Shown here in pieces: positions 10,501-17,519 of a stretch of DNA of 64,000 nt; position 1 is the first letter of the stretch; each line of letters begins with the position of its first letter. This stretch comes from a virus (taxonomy: Duplodnaviria > Caudoviricetes): IMG/VR virus record IMGVR_UViG_3300021387_000175, positions 1 to 64,000 of that record; one strand, 5' to 3'. Under the pieces are notes generated by a model. It was given only the letters and a program-made list of their open reading frames with translations, ran no database searches and had not been told where the DNA came from. A program made the translations under genes and the position numbers.

Positions 10501-12616
10501 AGAGTGATGTTACCAACTCTTCAGGAGCAGGTGTCCAGTCTGTGGGTTCAGTGCCACGTTCTACCTTCACCCATTCAATGACGGATGTTGCGTTAGATAC
10601 AGATGATGGCATATGATAAATGCGTAAATATTTATTCGAAGCGGATTGTACACGCCAAACATATGTCTTTTTATAAATCCCATTTTCATCTTGATCTTCT
10701 GCTGTTATACCATCTCCCGGAACTGTAACATTTCCTCCAGAATTATATATACCAAAATAACTCTTGGTTGATGCTAATTGTCCCTTGATCTGAATAGTAA
10801 TTGTTTCACCCTCTAAAGGTGGACGGTCTCCAAAATAATAATCAGCCAGAACATAACTGGTTGATGAAATAGTTCTGAAACTATCCTTGATTAAGTTCCT
10901 ACCACCAACTTCAACATCGCCCACTGCATTATTTACCGCATTCTGAACAAAAGCTGTAGTAGCAATCTGAGTAGAATTCGTACCCGTACTTGCAGTAGGG
11001 GCTTTTGGTGTACCTGTTAATTCAACACCATCAATTTTCTGTACGTGTAAAGTATTATTAACAGCATCATATGTAAAGTCAGTGTCATATGCTGCTCGTT
11101 TATTATTTCCTGCATAACTTATCCATACCGGGCGATTACCTGCACTGGTAGCTTTATCAGTAGTAAGTGAAGTAGCTTCGTTTACCGTAACCGATCCATT
11201 AGCATCAACCGTAATATCTCCACCAGACTTTATGCCACCTATAACACTACTGGAAGCTACTGGAAGAGTGTATTTGTTAGCACCTGCTTCTATACCATCC
11301 AATTTCTTCTTATCAGTTGCTGACATTAAACCCGCAACAGCTTGTGTAGCTTCATGGATAATATACTGTCTTACTTTACCATCCTTAAAGTGATAAATAG
11401 GATGGGTAGGATGAAGTGACGCCTGATATACGTTAATGGATTCACCCACGTACATATATAACTTGCCGTCATCCTCTGTTGGTAGATCTTGTGATAACCA
11501 AGGATCAGACAGATAGAAGAGTTCATCTGTGGGAGATATTGTACCCACTAAGTATACAGGTTTATTAATATCCAAGTTATGTTCATTACCCGCTGTAGCG
11601 TGAGTATTAAAGGAATAACGGGTATCAACGGCATAATGGGATACAAAAAATGTACTTCCACCAGTTAAAGAATTTTCATTTATGGTTGAACTACCACTAT
11701 AATATACTAATTGTTGTGGACGAAAACCATGAGTATTACGTTCTTTCACTGGATTTGAATTATAACTGGTGACAATACTTTCCCAACGTCCATCATCTGT
11801 TTTCATGATAAGAGTATATGGAAAAATATGATTAGGACCTGCAAAAACACGATCACTACTCATATATAATTGATTGTAAGTATTTCTGTCACCTGCTATA
11901 GTTTGACCATTTGTTATTGCATCAAATTGACTTACACCACCATAATTTGTAGATCCAGTACCGGGGACGTCAGCATAGGTGATCATAGTATCCCTGAATT
12001 CAAAAATGCAATTGACCAATTCAATAATTTCAATATCAATTATTCTGCTATGTGTTTCATTAGAAGGATCATAACTACTATGAAATCTAAGACCCAATTG
12101 ATGACCGTACCCATTTAGTTGTCCTGCTTGTTTTGCATAACGAAGTAAATGATAGTAATAAGGTCTATAACTGGTATTAGGTATTACATTATAAGTACGA
12201 TAACTATAATAAGTATCTTTTGCACCATCAATAGTTACTTCTGAATATTCGTACCCGTCAGTCACTCCATTGATCTTTGCGTTTACTCTATAAGTTATTC
12301 TCCAAGGAGCATAATAATCAGTAGGCTTAACTACACCAAAGTATATATAACCATTGGGATCATTATTTGCAGTTACGTATACATTCTCATAATGTTTTGA
12401 CATTAAAGGTTGTATTTCGGAATAATCGTAGGAGGGTTTAATGTACGGTAAATCTTTCCAAAGATCAGTACCGTTACCAACTTTGTACCATCCATCACGT
12501 TCTCCAGTTTTGGTATAAAGTATTTCTCCACTTTTTGGCACAGTAGTTAATGCTTTCCATTGTGCTTCGGTTTTATACGCATGGAGGAATCTAGTTTTTA
12601 AAGTCGTTTCTGCCAT
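1517..12616 (-). CDS. giant tail fibre / receptor-binding protein with C-terminal peptidase S74 intramolecular chaperone (3699 aa)
   Basis: N-terminal fibre anchor (W....P..GEI....YKVGNG...W.DLPY), 'PKAPTASTGTNSTQIATTAFV' fibre motif, CBM-like 'GRNL...KVERG..PTDWTPAPE' module, several knob-like repeats ending 'R......W..W', C-terminal SDVRLKENI and coiled coil. Confidence 0.85.
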   Translation of the reverse strand: MAETTLKTRFLHAYKTEAQWKALTTVPKSGEILYTKTGERDGWYKVGNGTDLWKDLPYIKPSYDYSEIQPLMSKHYENVYVTANNDPNGYIYFGVVKPTDYYAPWRITYRVNAKINGVTDGYEYSEVTIDGAKDTYYSYRTYNVIPNTSYRPYYYHLLRYAKQAGQLNGYGHQLGLRFHSSYDPSNETHSRIIDIEIIELVNCIFEFRDTMITYADVPGTGSTNYGGVSQFDAITNGQTIAGDRNTYNQLYMSSDRVFAGPNHIFPYTLIMKTDDGRWESIVTSYNSNPVKERNTHGFRPQQLVYYSGSSTINENSLTGGSTFFVSHYAVDTRYSFNTHATAGNEHNLDINKPVYLVGTISPTDELFYLSDPWLSQDLPTEDDGKLYMYVGESINVYQASLHPTHPIYHFKDGKVRQYIIHEATQAVAGLMSATDKKKLDGIEAGANKYTLPVASSSVIGGIKSGGDITVDANGSVTVNEATSLTTDKATSAGNRPVWISYAGNNKRAAYDTDFTYDAVNNTLHVQKIDGVELTGTPKAPTASTGTNSTQIATTAFVQNAVNNAVGDVEVGGRNLIKDSFRTISSTSYVLADYYFGDRPPLEGETITIQIKGQLASTKSYFGIYNSGGNVTVPGDGITAEDQDENGIYKKTYVWRVQSASNKYLRIYHMPSSVSNATSVIEWVKVERGTEPTDWTPAPEELVTSLSVSGRTITYKNYKGETLDSFTTQDTTYTAGTGITISGTTISNAYSEEKLKLSTELNTIALVDAFYETNYFKLGRATNYTTLTDITGRDGIVMSIPWVNTSYAQQVFFDIDDASKIYTRRKNSNGWGSWDRIVTESYGDSKYLPIKGNAVSATVANSLNAVHGNELFLGVNSPAYGTFWFNYRRAISGATSGNTPITDYYFGNGNANTTGVTIHADNFSGNANSATTAETASFLKYNDSLDYANAGVSWFNISGTAGAELAVNDTPTTQWWHILRFNHTNTNENYTDLAIPFNHEHLYYKRISGGTVSNGRWVQLVDDLNYETVIGEKFLKLSGGTLTGDLLFSDSGTTTRKIQGTVGSSDYWRIAGGATASNSSWMEIATADDGNEPIYARQYSGTFTTAKNTAILLDTDGSTSFPVSVTAPNLQANSYIRAKDTILNLVSDYTSINVDEIIIYTGLKWVASHYMPEIHITGNAYGSGCPIDLRLVFYIYGTKFCNMGVVDNGGWHPEVYLFKYAIDSVDYVAVGLKPSPHVYYPSIRVDFYNSSLAHLNDLTPSLAEIQFIKKDDPSVIPADDGGTTCILVPYKTVTNPIPKLTLQQNGGSTVAYDGTGTATFNVTKAGIGLGNVENKSSATIRGELTASNVTTALGYTPPAIINQNYTNNYSYLFNLGAYVGSSGAMKYVRIAIPELASWTMTYLEVSLKPYTSNVGYGGKVFIYAVHNGTSPYTWNQLTASILGYLPDDIKVFASDGRYFYIFMNRHYSTASVDRMLIGDSAATVNFSNVTIDFVDTLPETYQTATMYYGLHSGNFTSYLTDTYIPYSGSTISNPNTSSFSLANGITGNLIFANTGNTAGDWKGIGGINGANDAWVLRGYQTANNKGAVELAVGDDGDEGIYVRQYTSASYKIPLTNKPGANSGLNYREIELMAPSTGATTFPVSVKAPIIMAEEFRTANGGIPAVILCKPGLVSIADTKVDDPETNLTTSMDDDEWLKVLLKKICIEYPGKSHAIFKGVLSPNSQGYYEVYIYDTSTVNANTGLPQYAFGTWRHGPDIYWKFRTWGYTYSSQVILNDENYFTYALPLSGGTMTGTLTLKSNQYNDEGALSATAGTYALNLQNSNIIGVNAIFTSDVADDAREGINFYHTSTTVDSVWAKNGVLYFTPNRTLGTAGDTNNIILHSGNYMSYAVPYGGDDIGLGSGTPAEKAKEYFLDDSKVPKGTVKVFYNRSGSEFTTIFSKSSDGAYGNILKWGYGDLYLYKLRYSKGSWVGNDWQKIYAGYADSAGSATSSVKLSISSDLTTDTLDGFWENGYIKWARIRNYNIGLDSNDGLIINIPWDARYGAQLAIDESVTRMFMRNRSSNTWGAWHTFAHAQGKTGSTSQPVYMDSDGTLKVTTLTNSDISPIASKTYTGLYGSANDAANASFYFMSVKPNTYYVMWKIRYRIHCWVPGKNYYDSYSDVEIWGYQGSLSTNKIFNAHSYEGSSIRRCYYFHNLYRATQTGVSTYGHLIGLGLRASTNPTDSNYPRTFTIELLETENCECELWDEAVKYASVPGTGSTNYLGLSEINGADNGLQESSDANDTYTVRDYYTYLTAGANGMKQYSLVMEDDTGKWQSFTTTHGTATNKAKNTASFKLGNIYYMSTGSNYNSGQINGANIVTSHAIAIDFRYSTNCGTTLTANKPIFIVGTYNDATNTFTLDNTWWTQDYPTSEDNKIYIKIGYALNTYQIDFNNTLPMYWYKDGKVREFVIHEATPVSGGLMSASDKEKLDVLNIAEASMPAGSGKAVGWYRIAKISGISSSDGAGYANFTMYATGGYNSASPSVGIFELTTMHTFATITQTSALLNSIIKQIRLVGTSGEYYVDVYQNNEFTESQVMGQQTFSFIGRGTIETYNPETPLTGDDADATAAATLEIKNKAMAAENIYATRMYGNTLIQCDGTILSGTNSTTTNYTNISNGAIDVYGHTAQSRLLVTHNSTSKSSLYLYANTTNTRGIYTTNSAGTGKTVIGIDDSNNVTLYGNAETATNATTFTASVTVPTSRNYLLFQQDRSSNSGTVNARYHNSLSVTSNVSSSNSGTQWTELWIGNSTASGTAGNSQGWIGLYTSGSSTTQIAAYGTGNSNYFYIPNYAGSGYAVTAAGVSAVGSATKPVYLAANGRVTALDHDVVSAFSYGGAVDANTFYDTGIYNITGGKLTNAPNGYGYGQILTMSYRKLSGNTTPDYASQLYMHHGGNNTNRMFYRTSSSTEWQDWQMVAHGAASTAVGDTDTPVYMTNLGVITAVNQPKSGAWFQGVPYVDGSGIMDIGKIIDFHATTGATTDYDVRLTATTTELTVSKMLKVSGQIHSNGDIYSNGQLYAGVSANTSTKPNGSIHVHDIRKYKVLPSDFDQGANFYFAWTDSAVDVTMPTSGVWYSIMHVKGWTGDYSSWELAGPAHISDQRTTPLYVRAGRTTDDWGDWRKIYDESNPPAFTEIEGTLGVGKGGTGQTSAKNAANAFLNALDTGGSNPVDADYYISQYVGGGTTTTTYHRRPVSALYNYIKGKTDQVYIPLTGSSAVTGSISVRKASGEVQLAVGYTTEDTARWFYMYGNNTSGARGIYDSKKGLIVSVTDSSASFKGTADAITNFKVTTSANLGIASVSTNAIGYVNGLAADDWNYQRTDGALYTQFYSSSWQHEIFGDYRTGQISLRGKNNGTWQAWRRVLDESNYSTIISDNYLQKGGGTITGMVYANADLTVGFSTSTEKSHVTFSNSFNNYELVNTVNGDFALHDNTASHYVWRYAKSSYTQTTNAEITGRLLVDCCLGPTDVIATGYIEATGNIVTDGGDLISGRTTNSTRASVLLQNNAAGYRLCANTNGHCSLYAPDLGHNIFDFTPNGASSYIDFPYTVKATVQARSDVRLKENIKDTKINGLNAVNKMRLREYDWKADHKHQKVGLIADELEKIDEDLVSGGGYLDDGEMNAKCIDSYSLQMYMLKAIQELSQENKQLKEQLKTLMNRG
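5200..6310 (-). repeat. second copy of a ~370-aa module duplicated within the giant fibre (first copy ~11295..12420)
   Basis: PIASKTY..KP.TYY..W.I.YR..YASVPGTGSTNY..NKP..VGT..W.TQD.PT.EDNK.Y..KDGKVRE..IHEAT...GLMSA.DK.KLD mirrors PLMSKHY..KPTDYY..W.ITYR..YADVPGTGSTNY..KDGKVRQYIIHEAT...GLMSATDKKKLD. Boundaries are approximate. Confidence 0.85.
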
Positions 12617-12692
12617 TTCATTTGTTCCCTCCTTTTTTATTAGTTATCTGATTTATGTAATAAGAGTTGTACTCTTTTATTTTCGAAGTTAG

Positions 12693-12734
12693 CCAATAAA
12701 AATACGTGAGCATAAACCCACGTATTTTTATTGG
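12693..12734 (-). terminator. 16-bp inverted repeat, probable terminator
   Basis: CCAATAAAAATACGTG / CACGTATTTTTATTGG with a 10-nt spacer, immediately after the stop of 12742..14154. Confidence 0.65.
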
Positions 12735-12741
12735 AATATAT

Positions 12742-14154
12742 TTAACTAAAATTACCGTCCAAAATAAGGACATCACCGGCTGTTTGTACTAATCCATTGG
12801 CATTAAAGCTTGTCATGTTCAACGCCACATTACTAGATCCATCAAAATCTACAGCTGCTGCAGATCCCTTACCAGTAATAGAGAAGCTGACTGCCGTCTT
12901 TAACTTGGTAGCAGTAGCTGCCGTAGTAGCAGAATCCGCTGTTCCCGCACTGGATGCCTTGCCTGCAAAGTTTGTTGCGGTAATTGTCTTCGTACTGGGA
13001 TTGATGGTAATGCCTGTATTATAAATTGCTTTCTGCGCACTTCCAGAAGTAGGAGAAGTGTTCGCAGACGCTAAAAGCGGATAAGCACCATTTGCTGTTG
13101 AGGATGTCTGTTTTACATTCTCATCAGTAGTCTTATAACCTTTTCCCTCTACAAAAGTGGCTACTGCAGCACTTGTTGGTAAGTTAGTAGAAGTAGAACC
13201 TGCACTAATAGAAGAGTCAATCTGCTTGATTGATGCTTCACCCAATGTAATAGTTCCTGATTTCGCAGTAGTTGTTAAGTCTGAAGTAGTAGTACTATAT
13301 TTCAGGAACGTCTCAGATTCATTACCTGCAGGAATATAACTCCAGTCAGAATTACCAACGCTTCCTGACTTTAAGGCAATAAACAAATCCCCAACTTTTG
13401 CTGCCTGACCTGCATAAGTTCCTGCCTTGAATACCTTATAGGTATCACCGATTACAACATTTGAAGTAGGAAGAGCGGTTACATCACCACCAGTACCTAC
13501 TGTTCCTTTGAATACCATAGCATCAGATGCAGCAATCTTTGTACTGATCTGAGTATCAACGTACTGTTTAGTAGCTGCGCCCAAGTCTGTCGTAGGATTA
13601 GCATGTAATGTTACAGCACCAGTAAACGTGCCGCCAGACTTTGGCATAGCTGCTTCCGCAGTCTCTTTTGCCTGATCAGCAATTCCTTTAGCGGTAGCTG
13701 CGTCAGTAACACCCTGATCGGCTTTTGCCATGGCACTTGCTACTGCTTTTGATGTAGCAGCTGTATCAGATGATGTAGATGTCGTAGAATCAGAAAGCTT
13801 TACTACACCCTTCTGTCCTGTAGTGCCATCTTTAATACTGATCTTTCCATCCGTTCCTACATCAATATTAGTGCCAACAATTACACCACCCAATGTAGTA
13901 CTGGTTGCTTTTGGTAATTCATAAGCAGTACTGGAAATTAAATTGGCAATTTCTGTTGGCGTGAGAGTAGCATATGGTAAATCGGACCATTTATTAGTAC
14001 CGTCACCTACTTTAAATTTGGGAATCCCAGAGGTGGTCATTTCGATGCAAATTTCACCTTTCATAGGAACTAAATTTGCATTACTACTTTCAGCCCATTG
14101 TGCCGTTGTTTTTGTACATACCAATAATCTAGAATTTAATGTTGTACTTGCCAT
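12742..14154 (-). CDS. tail fibre/whisker protein
   Basis: Same N-terminal anchor as the giant fibre (KGEICIE....KFKVGDG...WSDLPY), 'YELPKATSTTLGGV', 'KGVVKLSDST.STS...AAT.KAV' and 'AATKQYVD' fibre motifs. Confidence 0.75.
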   Translation of the reverse strand: MASTTLNSRLLVCTKTTAQWAESSNANLVPMKGEICIEMTTSGIPKFKVGDGTNKWSDLPYATLTPTEIANLISSTAYELPKATSTTLGGVIVGTNIDVGTDGKISIKDGTTGQKGVVKLSDSTTSTSSDTAATSKAVASAMAKADQGVTDAATAKGIADQAKETAEAAMPKSGGTFTGAVTLHANPTTDLGAATKQYVDTQISTKIAASDAMVFKGTVGTGGDVTALPTSNVVIGDTYKVFKAGTYAGQAAKVGDLFIALKSGSVGNSDWSYIPAGNESETFLKYSTTTSDLTTTAKSGTITLGEASIKQIDSSISAGSTSTNLPTSAAVATFVEGKGYKTTDENVKQTSSTANGAYPLLASANTSPTSGSAQKAIYNTGITINPSTKTITATNFAGKASSAGTADSATTAATATKLKTAVSFSITGKGSAAAVDFDGSSNVALNMTSFNANGLVQTAGDVLILDGNFS

Positions 14155-14167
14155 AATTCACCTCCTT

Positions 14168-14482
14168 TTAAGAAAAATCCCCATTTATTACTTGTATCTC
14201 ATTATAGTCACTGCCAACAACTACATAACGCAATAATTCTTCACTATACACATATATTTTATTACTTCCTAAATCTACATATAAATGTGCATCTTCTCCC
14301 ACGGCAGGAAATTCTAAATAGTCATTAGCAAAGTGTAATTCTGGCGTATTGGCTTCCTGCTTATATTTCTGGAAAAGCTTTAATATTTCCTCATGATAAG
14401 TAGAAAGCCCATTTAAATTAATCAATTTTTCATATACGTTAGGAGATGCATTAGTAGTTGTTGTTTCATTATTATCTGGCAT
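14168..14482 (-). CDS. small tail-fibre-associated protein
   Basis: 'FPAVGE..HLYVD....KIY' fibre motif; C-terminus INGDFS resembles LDGNFS of the neighbour; AAAGGAG RBS before ATG 14482. Confidence 0.5.
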   Translation of the reverse strand: MPDNNETTTTNASPNVYEKLINLNGLSTYHEEILKLFQKYKQEANTPELHFANDYLEFPAVGEDAHLYVDLGSNKIYVYSEELLRYVVVGSDYNEIQVINGDFS

Positions 14483-14499
14483 ATGCACTCCTTTCTACA

Positions 14500-15360
14500 T
14501 TACGTGCTAGTAAACAATGCTCTGATATCTGCTTCAGTAGCAACAGTAATATTAATTGAACTATTCTCTAAAGCAATAAGTCGATCTGTATGATTACTGA
14601 TTGTATTATTCATAGTGGTAATATTACCTTCAACTGTGGTAACCCGGTCACCCAATGAACTAACAGCAGTTTGAATCTGTCCTACTTTTTCATCGGTATA
14701 TTGCTTTGCATCCTCTAAAACCTGTGCGTCTGCTGTGGCAGCAGCTGTTGCAGCATCTGCTAATATGTTCGCTTTCTCTGCTACAATACGGTCATTAACA
14801 TAAGTCTGAGTAGCATAGCCATCCAGGTTGACCGAAGTATCACCGATCTTCTGTAATGTACCCTGAAGCTTCATCCATTCCTGATATTTATCAGAACCAG
14901 TCACGGTAGTATCCTTGATCAGATACATTACATTTTCTTTGGCTTCAGCATCTGTAGGTAATTCATCCACAACTACAGTAGTTAATGAATGGATCTTACC
15001 TACTTCCTCTGCAATCAAAGCTTCCACTTCATTCTGTGTTACCAGATCACTAAGTGCAATACCACCATCAATAATCTGTCCATTGGCATCAAATACACCG
15101 ATATTTCCTGATAATGCAGATACTACTTTACGCATTACTGCATCTAAATTTGTCTCAGGAATAGTAATAGAATAAGCGGGTACAGCACCACTGGCAATAG
15201 GCTCAGAAGTACGATAAAACTCTAAGGATTTACCGTCCTGACTAAGCATAACAGTCTTTAATGATTTTGCATCCTCACTGTTTATATACTGTTTAATTAA
15301 CTGATCATATAATGTAATATTATCGAGCGAAATATACTTAATCTGATTTGTGTCTGCCAT
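14500..15360 (-). CDS. tail fibre-like structural protein
   Basis: 'VVDELPT...ENVMYLIKD....DKYQEW.......KIGDTSVNLDGYAT' motif and a C-terminal coiled coil. Confidence 0.6.
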   Translation of the reverse strand: MADTNQIKYISLDNITLYDQLIKQYINSEDAKSLKTVMLSQDGKSLEFYRTSEPIASGAVPAYSITIPETNLDAVMRKVVSALSGNIGVFDANGQIIDGGIALSDLVTQNEVEALIAEEVGKIHSLTTVVVDELPTDAEAKENVMYLIKDTTVTGSDKYQEWMKLQGTLQKIGDTSVNLDGYATQTYVNDRIVAEKANILADAATAAATADAQVLEDAKQYTDEKVGQIQTAVSSLGDRVTTVEGNITTMNNTISNHTDRLIALENSSINITVATEADIRALFTST

Positions 15361-15372
15361 GTTCTCCCTCCT

Positions 15373-16254
15373 TTACTCATTAAATAGATTCTCAATATTT
15401 TCCTGATCTTCCATAACCAATTTCTGTGAAAGTCTTAAATCAAACTTCTCATTAAATGTTGCATCCATAGCTTCATCCACCACATCATAAACAACACTTT
15501 CAACACCTTCTCGTACTAATTCCCGAATGTATTCCAAAGCATTATCACGGGTAATTATATTTAACGCCTGAAGTTTAGCATCTACTTCACTATCTGTTAA
15601 GTAGCCCTGTTCTTTAATCCACTCATCTGTTATATAACTGCGTCTGGTAACTTTTTCTTCATCAACAAAATAATCCGTAATAGAAGAGGATGATATAACT
15701 TTTATAGCCTTTCCATCCTCATAGGTATCTATGGTAATCAGATCATTGTTTATATTCTGGAACACTGTCTCCAATTGATCTGATATTTTATAAGCACCTT
15801 TTATTTTATACATACCATCTTCCAATTCACTTAATACTACTGGGTCTTCAATAGTCCCGCCTATATTGTCAATTGGTCTGTTACCTATGGTATTGTAATC
15901 AAGATCGGAAGAGTTATATACACTAATAGATTGGATATAGTAAGTGCCATTACTTCTTTGATTGACCATATACGCCTGATATGATCCTGTAACAGATGAA
16001 AGCACTGAGATGATCTGACCGGGATAAGTATCCTTATGAGAATTTAAGAAAGACTCCGCAGAAGCAACTGAGGAAAAACGATAAACACGAGACTGGATAG
16101 GAACTAATGAGAAATCGTCTGTAACCAACAGCATCTCCTGTGTGTCGGAACAAAGAACAATATCCCATTGATTCACTGTACCTGCGTTTATATGATCTTG
16201 AATTTCTCTGTATGAACTAAAGAAAAATCGGGAGTGCCTACCATAATCTGCCAT
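15373..16254 (-). CDS. hypothetical tail/baseplate protein
   Basis: 293-aa ORF with RBS, co-oriented and tightly spaced in the tail module. Confidence 0.5.
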   Translation of the reverse strand: MADYGRHSRFFFSSYREIQDHINAGTVNQWDIVLCSDTQEMLLVTDDFSLVPIQSRVYRFSSVASAESFLNSHKDTYPGQIISVLSSVTGSYQAYMVNQRSNGTYYIQSISVYNSSDLDYNTIGNRPIDNIGGTIEDPVVLSELEDGMYKIKGAYKISDQLETVFQNINNDLITIDTYEDGKAIKVISSSSITDYFVDEEKVTRRSYITDEWIKEQGYLTDSEVDAKLQALNIITRDNALEYIRELVREGVESVVYDVVDEAMDATFNEKFDLRLSQKLVMEDQENIENLFNE

Positions 16255-16275
16255 ATGATCATCACCCCTTTAATC

Positions 16276-16956
16276 TTAAATCTGATTTACCACTACATTA
16301 CCACTATTCGGAGATTCACCACCAATAGCTACTAAAATGTTATTCAGGGTCTCTAAATCAATTTCAGTTCCGATCTTAACATTATTAGCAGTTAAATAGA
16401 GAGACTTGTCATCTTCATCTAATCTGATATTATCTGCTTTCGAAGCATTGATAATACTGGCTACTTCAGCGAGTGCTTCCGCTACCTTCTTATTCTCAAC
16501 ATACATAGCAGTCAGTTCAGCCAGAGCCTCTTTGGATGCATTAAACCAAGAGGTGATAGGAACAATCTTAATCGTGCCACTATTAGCACTGTTCCTTACA
16601 TGCTCTACAGTATTACCGTCTGCATCCAGTTCTGCTTTAATAAAAGTAAGACTGAATTCTAACTCACCAGTTTCTGCTGTTAAGGCTGTGGTAGCTTGTG
16701 TAGTTGGTAATGTATATAACAGATAATCATCTTTATAAGCATCATCTGTTAATACTAATTGAATAATACTATTCCGCTTGGAAATAGGCGTAATATATTC
16801 CAGAACAACATCATAATCTGCCATTTCGTATTCATCGTTATATAATTTAGGAGTGATAAACCGAATAGAATCTACAGCATTTGATTTTTCTACTATAGCA
16901 CTCGTAGCTTCAGTTCTTACTATAGCATTGTCATTTCCAATATAAAAAGTCAGCAT
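16276..16956 (-). CDS. BppU-like baseplate protein
   Basis: 'E.SNAVD.IRF..P......M....V.LEY..P' and 'LTAE.GELEFSLTF' pattern; AAAGGAGG RBS. Confidence 0.55.
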   Translation of the reverse strand: MLTFYIGNDNAIVRTEATSAIVEKSNAVDSIRFITPKLYNDEYEMADYDVVLEYITPISKRNSIIQLVLTDDAYKDDYLLYTLPTTQATTALTAETGELEFSLTFIKAELDADGNTVEHVRNSANSGTIKIVPITSWFNASKEALAELTAMYVENKKVAEALAEVASIINASKADNIRLDEDDKSLYLTANNVKIGTEIDLETLNNILVAIGGESPNSGNVVVNQI

Positions 16957-16971
16957 AGTTTCCTCCTTTCG

Positions 16972-17118
16972 TTAATCTTCAGATATGATGTACTCATATT
17001 CTTCCTGAGTGATATTTTTAGCGGTTCTCATCATTATAATTTTTTCTTTGGTAACAAGTCCCTTTTTGTAAAGACTTCTTAAAGTCTCAACGACATCACT
17101 GTATTTTTGCTCTGCCAT
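16972..17118 (-). CDS. XkdX-family small protein (48 aa)
   Basis: Not in the ORF track. MAEQKYSDVVETLRSLYKKGLVTKEKIIMMRTAKNITQEEYEYIISED*, with 'LY..G' and 'IT.EEY..I' signature, typical position after an RBP gene. Confidence 0.75.
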   Translation of the reverse strand: MAEQKYSDVVETLRSLYKKGLVTKEKIIMMRTAKNITQEEYEYIISED

Positions 17119-17119
17119 T

Positions 17120-17452
17120 TTAAATCCCCCTCTCTAAGATTTCTAATAAAAAATCTTCTCTTATCTCTTGAGCGGTCTTAAAATTATTTTTATCTAATGT
17201 TTTATATTCGTTTTCGGATATCTCCTCTAAAGATACCGTGAGATATTTATCCTGTATAGGAAAGGGTAGAAGAGCGCTTGTATTATAAATCTTTTCTTTG
17301 TCTGATAGGAAACCTTGTGCTTGTGCTTTGTTACAACGAACAGGAATTCCATGTACAGCTTGAAACTTTACATATACTGGCCCAACACTATCTTCATAGG
17401 ATAGAAGATCAATTACTTTCCTATTCCAAATAACTTTAAAATATTTCTTCAT
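17120..17452 (-). CDS. hypothetical protein, probable RBP chaperone
   Basis: Between the 2388-aa tail protein and XkdX; 'LEEISENEY..L' motif; AGGAG RBS. Confidence 0.55.
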   Translation of the reverse strand: MKKYFKVIWNRKVIDLLSYEDSVGPVYVKFQAVHGIPVRCNKAQAQGFLSDKEKIYNTSALLPFPIQDKYLTVSLEEISENEYKTLDKNNFKTAQEIREDFLLEILERGI

Positions 17453-17475
17453 AATAAGGATCTCCTATATATAAA

Positions 17476-17510
17476 ATAATAGAGCCGTTAACAAGTAACG
17501 ACTCTATTAT
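17476..17510 (-). terminator. hairpin/terminator after the 2388-aa gene
   Basis: Minus strand ATAATAGAGTCGTTA-CTTGT-TAACGGCTCTATTAT followed by TTT. Confidence 0.6.
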
Positions 17511-17519
17511 AATGTATGG

